Shown here piece by piece: positions 58,655-64,000 of a DNA stretch of 64,000 nucleotides. The notes below the pieces were generated by a model. The model saw only the letters and a list, made by a program, of their open reading frames with translations, did no database searches and had not been told where the DNA came from. Each line of letters opens with the position of its first letter. Within the stretch, counting starts at the first letter, position 1. The DNA comes from Promethearchaeota archaeon (GTDB lineage: Archaea > Asgardarchaeota > Lokiarchaeia > Sigyniarchaeales > SOKP01), in assembly GCA_019057795.1 (NCBI GenBank), contig JAHLWS010000080.1, forward strand, positions 59,172 through 123,171. Direction: 5' to 3'. The position numbers and the translations under genes are program-made.

Positions 58655-58903
58655 ATGATGAAAGATTTGATTCAACTACATAAAATCGGGAAAGAACTAG
58701 GATTATCTAAAAAAGAAGTAAACAAAGTTTTATTCTATGATAATTCTAAGAATAGCGTCATATTACTGATTATTTTAATTATAATTTTCTCTATTGTGGG
58801 CTATTTTATTGGATTATTTATTGAATCGGTAATAAGCAACACTTATCCTAGCGGAACAAAATATTCAACTGTAAAAATAAAAGACTTTGATAAAAAAAAA
58901 TGA
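58655..58903 (+). CDS. 82-aa single-TM peptide, paralog 3 (putative RiPP precursor)
   Basis: Start moved to ATG 58655 (MMKD, as in paralog 2); YPSGTKYSTVKIKDF. Confidence 0.8.
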   Translation: MMKDLIQLHKIGKELGLSKKEVNKVLFYDNSKNSVILLIILIIIFSIVGYFIGLFIESVISNTYPSGTKYSTVKIKDFDKKK

Positions 58904-60243
58904 AGCTTAATATTGGTTGCGGAAAAAAATACGATCCTGATTATTGTAATATTGATTTGTATGAAGATTTAGTGGCTGATAGATTGATGTCAGCTTTTAA
59001 CCTTGAATTTGATGACAATACTTGCGATGAAATTAAAGCGATTCACATAATTGAACACTTAAGTTTTTTTGAAACTATTTATGCTCTTAGTGAATTTTTT
59101 AGAGTATTAGAACCTCATGGGAAATTAATCCTTGAAACTCCTGATCTTAAGAAAACTTGTCAGCATTATTTAAAAGCAAACGGAGAACAGAAAAAAGAAA
59201 TATTGGGATGGTTTTTTGGAATACCTCATAAAGGATTACAGCACAAGATTTGTTTTCCTCCTTACTTATTAAGAGAACTATTATCCAATGCGGGGTTTAA
59301 AAATATTTCCACAGTATTCTATTATAACAATGAATCTATTCCTTCTGTTAGATTTAAGTGCTATAAACTTGATGAGGGTTATTCTCTTAAAATTTTTCAA
59401 ATTATAACAAAAATCCGAAAGACGATGCTCGTTAAGAATTATATTGATTTTACAGATTCGTTTATTATAAAAGAGCAAGAGGATTTAATAGCAAAATTTG
59501 CGCTAGAATTATTAAAATTAGAGAAAAACGATAAAAAAGAAAAAATCTTTGAAATATTAACTGATATTTCAATAAAGTCGCCTAAATTCACTAAATTCTT
59601 TTTAGAAGCAATCGAAAATAAAGATCTTCTTTCCGAGAAAGAAATAAAATTTATTCTTAAGACAGCTGAATTATTAATTGATTTGAATTTTCCTAATATT
59701 TTATTAAATTCTTTGAAAAAAGGACCACTTAAACCAGGAACCCAAAAAATTATTTTTTCTTCAATTGAATCGTTTGCTAAAAGTATTATAACGAAATTAA
59801 ATCAATTCGAAAAAGATCGGGACAAAATCACAGAAAAATTAAAAGATTTATCTGAACCTATTAAGGAAATTGAAATCAACTTTTTTTCTTACAACTTAAT
59901 TGAACAAAAATCGTTGGACTATTACTACAAAGGGATAAAAGCTTTTTACATAAAAAATTACAAGACAGCTCATAATAAATTTTTAGAAGCTATACGATTA
60001 TATAGGGACGATTTATTTTATTATTGGAATCTAGCGAAAGTTTTAACTAAATTAGAATTAGAAGATCAAGCGATAAAATTCTATAAATTAACATTGAGAT
60101 TTTTAAGGTTAAAAAAGATTCAATATAAAGACGAGATTAAACTTGATATTAAAAAAGAATTACACTGGGTAAGAAGTAAGCAAGGACCAACCCCTAAATT
60201 TGAACCCATAATCTCAATTGAAAAATATCGCAAGATTAATTAA
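58900..60243 (+). CDS. Class I SAM-dependent methyltransferase with C-terminal TPR-like region
   Basis: LNIGCG motif I, H..EH, RVLEP.G.L.LE.PD; C-terminal 'YYKGI......YK.A...F.EAI...D...YY.NLA..L..L....AI.FY'; ATGA overlap with paralog 3. Confidence 0.85.
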   Translation: MKLNIGCGKKYDPDYCNIDLYEDLVADRLMSAFNLEFDDNTCDEIKAIHIIEHLSFFETIYALSEFFRVLEPHGKLILETPDLKKTCQHYLKANGEQKKEILGWFFGIPHKGLQHKICFPPYLLRELLSNAGFKNISTVFYYNNESIPSVRFKCYKLDEGYSLKIFQIITKIRKTMLVKNYIDFTDSFIIKEQEDLIAKFALELLKLEKNDKKEKIFEILTDISIKSPKFTKFFLEAIENKDLLSEKEIKFILKTAELLIDLNFPNILLNSLKKGPLKPGTQKIIFSSIESFAKSIITKLNQFEKDRDKITEKLKDLSEPIKEIEINFFSYNLIEQKSLDYYYKGIKAFYIKNYKTAHNKFLEAIRLYRDDLFYYWNLAKVLTKLELEDQAIKFYKLTLRFLRLKKIQYKDEIKLDIKKELHWVRSKQGPTPKFEPIISIEKYRKIN

Positions 60244-60393
60244 AGTCTAAAATTATTTTACAAAAAGTTTCCAAAGAAAGCAAATTTAAATTAAAAGATG
60301 AATGAGAATAAGAGAGTAGAATTATTCGTAGAAAACAATTTATTAATAATATAGAAATAGTTAAATTAAAGTTATTCGTTGTGTTTGTGAAAT

Positions 60394-61212
60394 TTAAAAT
60401 TCTTTTCTTTTAAGGGTTAAGAACGTTAATAACAAAAATAACAATGTATATAGTATCATAATTAAAATCCCCACTTCAATTGTTGGTGTAAGCCATCTTT
60501 TTACGGGAGGAAGGGTTTCGTCTGCGTAAGGCACCCAAACCCACCGTTCACCACCAAGCAACCCCCCTGGAATCATATGATTTATTAAATTTCCTACGTA
60601 AGATAAAGAAAAAATCGGTTCTATCTCTTGATTTATTGCGGTTAGTGTTTGCTCAAGAAGGGGAAATCCAATAAGAAATAATAAAATTACTATAATCGTT
60701 GTAAAATTTACTGTGGGCATTATGGAACTAAAAAATAATATTAAAACGCTTAGAGTAATTGCATATATTATAGCTATTCCAAGAGAAAGATACGATTCTG
60801 GGATTATAGTGTTATAAACAACCATTGAGGAGAAATTCATCGTTAAATAATAAATAATCACTAAAAGAATAATTATATTTAAATTAGCAACAAATTTTCC
60901 TAAGAATAATTTATATTTGTTAATTTTTGGAAACATGATATACCCCGTTTTCTTACTGAATTCTGAGCAAACAGTATCAGAGAAAAAGAAGCACGAAACG
61001 AATATAAGGAAAAATCTAAAATAGTCAATACCTTTTCGATAATAATTACCCTCATCAAAATGATAAGGATAAAAGAACGAAAATAAAAGGGCAAATAATA
61101 CAGTCGTAATATAAAAGAATAAAACCCTTTTCCATCGCAACCTAAATTCCAAAAAATAAGTTCTTAGGATTGGATTAAAAACTCCTTTATTATTTACTAT
61201 TTTTTTATTCAT
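60394..61212 (-). CDS. ABC-2 type transporter permease
   Basis: Six TM, 'D....EF.K.TG....P.I....LF.GK', C-terminal KRKE. Confidence 0.85.
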   Translation of the reverse strand: MNKKIVNNKGVFNPILRTYFLEFRLRWKRVLFFYITTVLFALLFSFFYPYHFDEGNYYRKGIDYFRFFLIFVSCFFFSDTVCSEFSKKTGYIMFPKINKYKLFLGKFVANLNIIILLVIIYYLTMNFSSMVVYNTIIPESYLSLGIAIIYAITLSVLILFFSSIMPTVNFTTIIVILLFLIGFPLLEQTLTAINQEIEPIFSLSYVGNLINHMIPGGLLGGERWVWVPYADETLPPVKRWLTPTIEVGILIMILYTLLFLLLTFLTLKRKEF

Positions 61213-61241
61213 TTCTTATTTGATCTCGTTTTTACTTTTTC

Positions 61242-62243
61242 TTATTTAATCTTTTCTAAGTATAATTTCTCTAAAAGAGATGTTTTCGATTGTGAAAACG
61301 ATATTATTGTAAAATCTGAAGCAAAATCTTTACCTAAAATTTTAAAAATTTCCCCTTTCGATTCTGGGTTCCCGTCATAAAATATAACAAGTTCCTTGAT
61401 TGAGGGTTGGTATTGAACGGGTGATTTAAATATTATAGGATCTAAATTTTTATCCAAATACAACGCTAATTTTTCATTAAGTTTATTTATTACAAATTCA
61501 AGCTTTTCTAGAGGAATTGGATTGAGAAGTTGACAAATGATTTCATTTGTTTTTAATAATTTCTCCATATTTTCGATTCGATCAAATTTAATAATTTCTC
61601 CGTTGTTGATAAACGCAATTTTATCGCAAACTTCTGATATCTCACGTAGCATATGCGATGCTATAAAGATCGTTTTATTTTGTTCTTTGAAGGTTTTTAA
61701 ATATTGTCTAATTTTTATTCTAGCTTTTGGATCTAATCCTGTTTGAGGTTCGTCTAAGAAAATAATCTCCGGATCGTGAAAAATGGCTTGAATAAATCCC
61801 AGTTTTTGCTTCATGCCCTTTGAAAAAGTTTTAATTCTTTTTTTTTTCCAATTAATTAAATTAAAATGAGAAAGTAATTCATCGATTCGTTGATTTATTT
61901 TTTCTTTAGGATAGTTGTGAAGTTTAGCGTAATGTTTTAATAAAACATTAGGATTTGAATCGTAGAATACGGGAATATCGATTAAAAAGCCCATTGAGAT
62001 TAGGTCTTGCGAATTTACGCTTATATCTTGTAGAATATTCCTATTATTTTTTATTGAGATATTACCGGTAGTGGGTCTTAATAGTTTTGCAATAAGTTTT
62101 ATAGTTGTTGTTTTGCCCGCCCCATTTGGACCGACAAACCCAATGGTTTCTCCTTTGTGAACTTCAAGATTTAAATTTTTTACTGCAAAATTTTTTCCAA
62201 ACTTTTTGCTTAGATTATTTGTCTTTAGTATTATCTCAGTCAA
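61242..62243 (-). CDS. ABC transporter ATP-binding protein
   Basis: GPNGAGKTT, FSKGMKQK, LDEP.TGLDP, ASH. Confidence 0.95.
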   Translation of the reverse strand: MTEIILKTNNLSKKFGKNFAVKNLNLEVHKGETIGFVGPNGAGKTTTIKLIAKLLRPTTGNISIKNNRNILQDISVNSQDLISMGFLIDIPVFYDSNPNVLLKHYAKLHNYPKEKINQRIDELLSHFNLINWKKKRIKTFSKGMKQKLGFIQAIFHDPEIIFLDEPQTGLDPKARIKIRQYLKTFKEQNKTIFIASHMLREISEVCDKIAFINNGEIIKFDRIENMEKLLKTNEIICQLLNPIPLEKLEFVINKLNEKLALYLDKNLDPIIFKSPVQYQPSIKELVIFYDGNPESKGEIFKILGKDFASDFTIISFSQSKTSLLEKLYLEKIK

Positions 62244-62588
62244 ATTATATTCATATAATAATTTTTTTCTTAATAAATAAATGCTTAGGTTTTTACAATA
62301 ACATCGTTTGAAAAATTATTTTTTTCTTAAAAAGACGGTCTAAATTTTGTTAAATCAACTCCTATTTAATTCTTGTAAAGTAATTTTTTAAACTTATTCA
62401 ATCTTCCAACCGATCCGTGTAAAACGAGTAAATAATTCTAAAATTCCAACACATAAACATAATAGCGGTATCTAATAACCCTCTAATTTTAAATTTGAAT
62501 GATTTTTGCAAAAGATTTATATATTTGATAATCATAATTTATTTTAAGGAGTAAAATCCTTATTTAACCAAAAAGGTCATAAAGATGA

Positions 62589-63095
62589 AAATTAACAGTA
62601 AATATTAAGATAGGATTATTAATTTGTATTCTCTCAATTTTTTTTCTAGGATTTGCGATACCTACAAAAGCATATAATAGAGTTGCATATATTGAAAAAG
62701 AAGCAGAGTATCTATGGTTCTTCTGGTGGCTTCCTGGTTGGGCTCTTGAGCTTCATATATCAACAACTCGAACGTGGGACTCTAGTAGTGGACATTACTA
62801 TTTTTCGTCGCATAGTGAAGGGTATACTCCAGGTCTTGGTACTGGCCTCTTTAGGTGGGTAGAATATTCTGAAAATGTTGATTATATCGTCTGCCCTGTA
62901 TGTCATCTTCTTATTACGATTTCTTATGAAGTTCATGGAAGGTTTTATCATAAAGATGATTCATCTAATTATTACGATATAACATTATCAATTGTGTATG
63001 ACGCTGATGATAACTATGATCCCACTTTTGGACCATTCATTGACCACTTAGTAGGGGTCTGGGATTTTACTGAAGATTCGGGCATACAGACTTAG
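62589..63095 (+). CDS. Secreted hypothetical protein missed by the ORF track (start out of frame or non-AUG)
   Basis: 168 open codons: KLTVNIKIGLLICILSIFFLGFAIPTKA-YNRVAY...YLWFFWWLPGW...CPVC...GIQT*; ATG 62585 is one base out of frame. Confidence 0.65.
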   Translation, partial: KLTVNIKIGLLICILSIFFLGFAIPTKAYNRVAYIEKEAEYLWFFWWLPGWALELHISTTRTWDSSSGHYYFSSHSEGYTPGLGTGLFRWVEYSENVDYIVCPVCHLLITISYEVHGRFYHKDDSSNYYDITLSIVYDADDNYDPTFGPFIDHLVGVWDFTEDSGIQT

Positions 63096-63475
63096 TTAAA
63101 AAATAACTTTAAATCTTTATATTTATTTTTTTCATATATTTTTAACCTAATCTTTATTTTTTGAAAACATCCATCAAAATACGATACTTGTAACTTTGTG
63201 TGATCAATTTATTGAATTCGAATAAAAAAGGAAATTTTTAATGAATCTTGTCGGTGAAATGAATTTTAGAACAGAATTATTTAATGATAGAAATAGAACA
63301 TAATCATTATCGAAAAAAGAGAAAACATCATAAATAAAACAATAGACATTAAGCATCATTTTTGTCGGGTGAAGATTAGTTTAAAAATATATGTTTTTTT
63401 TTAATTTTTTCATCTTCCCACTTTAAATCTTTCAATTTATTGTTAAAAATATTTAGAATTACAGATTGGAATTGC

Positions 63476-63583
63476 AGATCCACCATCATAGAATTGTCCC
63501 ACTTTCGATGGTGCAGATGGATTGGAAATGTCAATAATCTCTAAACCATCAATCCCATCCACAATATAAGCATAAAAGCCAAA
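63476..63583 (-). pseudogene. LVIVD-repeat gene remnant
   Basis: Reads ...[35 protein letters not shown] with no start or flanking coding context. Confidence 0.55.
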
Positions 63584-63722
63584 ATAGAAAAGATTAAAAA
63601 AGAAATATTAAATAAAGATTCGTAAGAAAACAAGATGTTTAAATAGGTTAATTATCAAGAATAAAATATAAAAAAGAATTAAAAAAAGAGATGCTGTATA
63701 AAAATAGCGGTTTTTTCGAAAC

Positions 63723-64000
63723 TTATAATTCTTTTCTTTTTAAGGCTAAGATCGTAAATAGAAAAAACAATGATGCATAAATTATCATCATCAAAATCCC
63801 AACCTCAATTGTTGGTGTACGCCAATGTTTTACAGGAGGAAGGGTTCCACTTGAGTAATGAATCCAAGACCACCGATCACCACCAAGCAACCCACCTGGA
63901 ATGATATGATTTATTAAATTTCCTACGTAAGATAAAGAAAAAATCGGTTCTATCTCTTGATTTATTGCGGTTAGTGTTTGCTCAAGAAGGGGAAATCCAA
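63723..64000 (-). CDS. ABC-2 permease paralog (3' end only)
   Basis: Nearly identical in part to 60394..61212; ends ...ALKRKEL*. Confidence 0.85.
   Translation of the reverse strand, partial: GFPLLEQTLTAINQEIEPIFSLSYVGNLINHIIPGGLLGGDRWSWIHYSSGTLPPVKHWRTPTIEVGILMMIIYASLFFLFTILALKRKEL

Noticed and set aside
58022-58903. Three peptides as type IV pilins/archaellins
   Set aside because: No class III signal (basic-Gly then hydrophobic N-terminus); the TM is central and the C-terminal part is only about 23 aa.
7541-62951. Many short antisense or overlapping ORFs in the track (e.g. 7541, 10833, 14628, 26389, 27837, 33022, 49601, 62653, 62760)
   Set aside because: They are shadows of well-supported genes on the opposite strand or in another frame, with no motifs of their own.
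1-64000. tRNA, rRNA or CRISPR arrays
   Set aside because: None recognised by eye. The 29576-29682 element lacks tRNA T-loop/D-loop signatures; a covariance-model scan would be needed to exclude small RNAs.

Overview
AT-rich archaeal DNA, very likely an Asgard archaeon of the Lokiarchaeia type. The evidence is two roadblock/LC7 genes, a longin-like gene, a HEAT-LRR protein, surface proteins ending in an (I)xGY-TM-basic Loki-CTERM-like tail, and GGTGA Shine-Dalgarno motifs. Contents: the 3' part of a large membrane-anchored surface protein; fatty-acid/CoA metabolism genes; a glycyl radical enzyme; a nitrogenase-free NifX/Mrp/ferredoxin-ATPase (Orp-like) metal-cluster locus with a repeated palindromic operator, split by a small island that carries a structured non-coding element; several toxin-antitoxin modules; a non-pyrrolysine MttB; a divergent fwdGBDA-like operon; MoxR/VWA; and an IS200/IS605 tnpB element with clear ends. 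The best novel-system candidate is at 56.9-62.2 kb: a radical SAM/SPASM enzyme, three tandem 82-aa paralogous membrane peptides with a conserved C-terminal YxxG[TS]xYST[VI][KR]IKDF motif, a translationally coupled methyltransferase-TPR protein and an adjacent ABC exporter. This looks like an archaeal RiPP cluster with membrane-anchored precursors. Also seen: probable non-AUG starts (ATA/ACG) at a fixed 6-nt distance from the SD, two in-frame TGA codons, and several ORFs absent from the ORF track. All family assignments come from motif recognition by eye; no searches were run.
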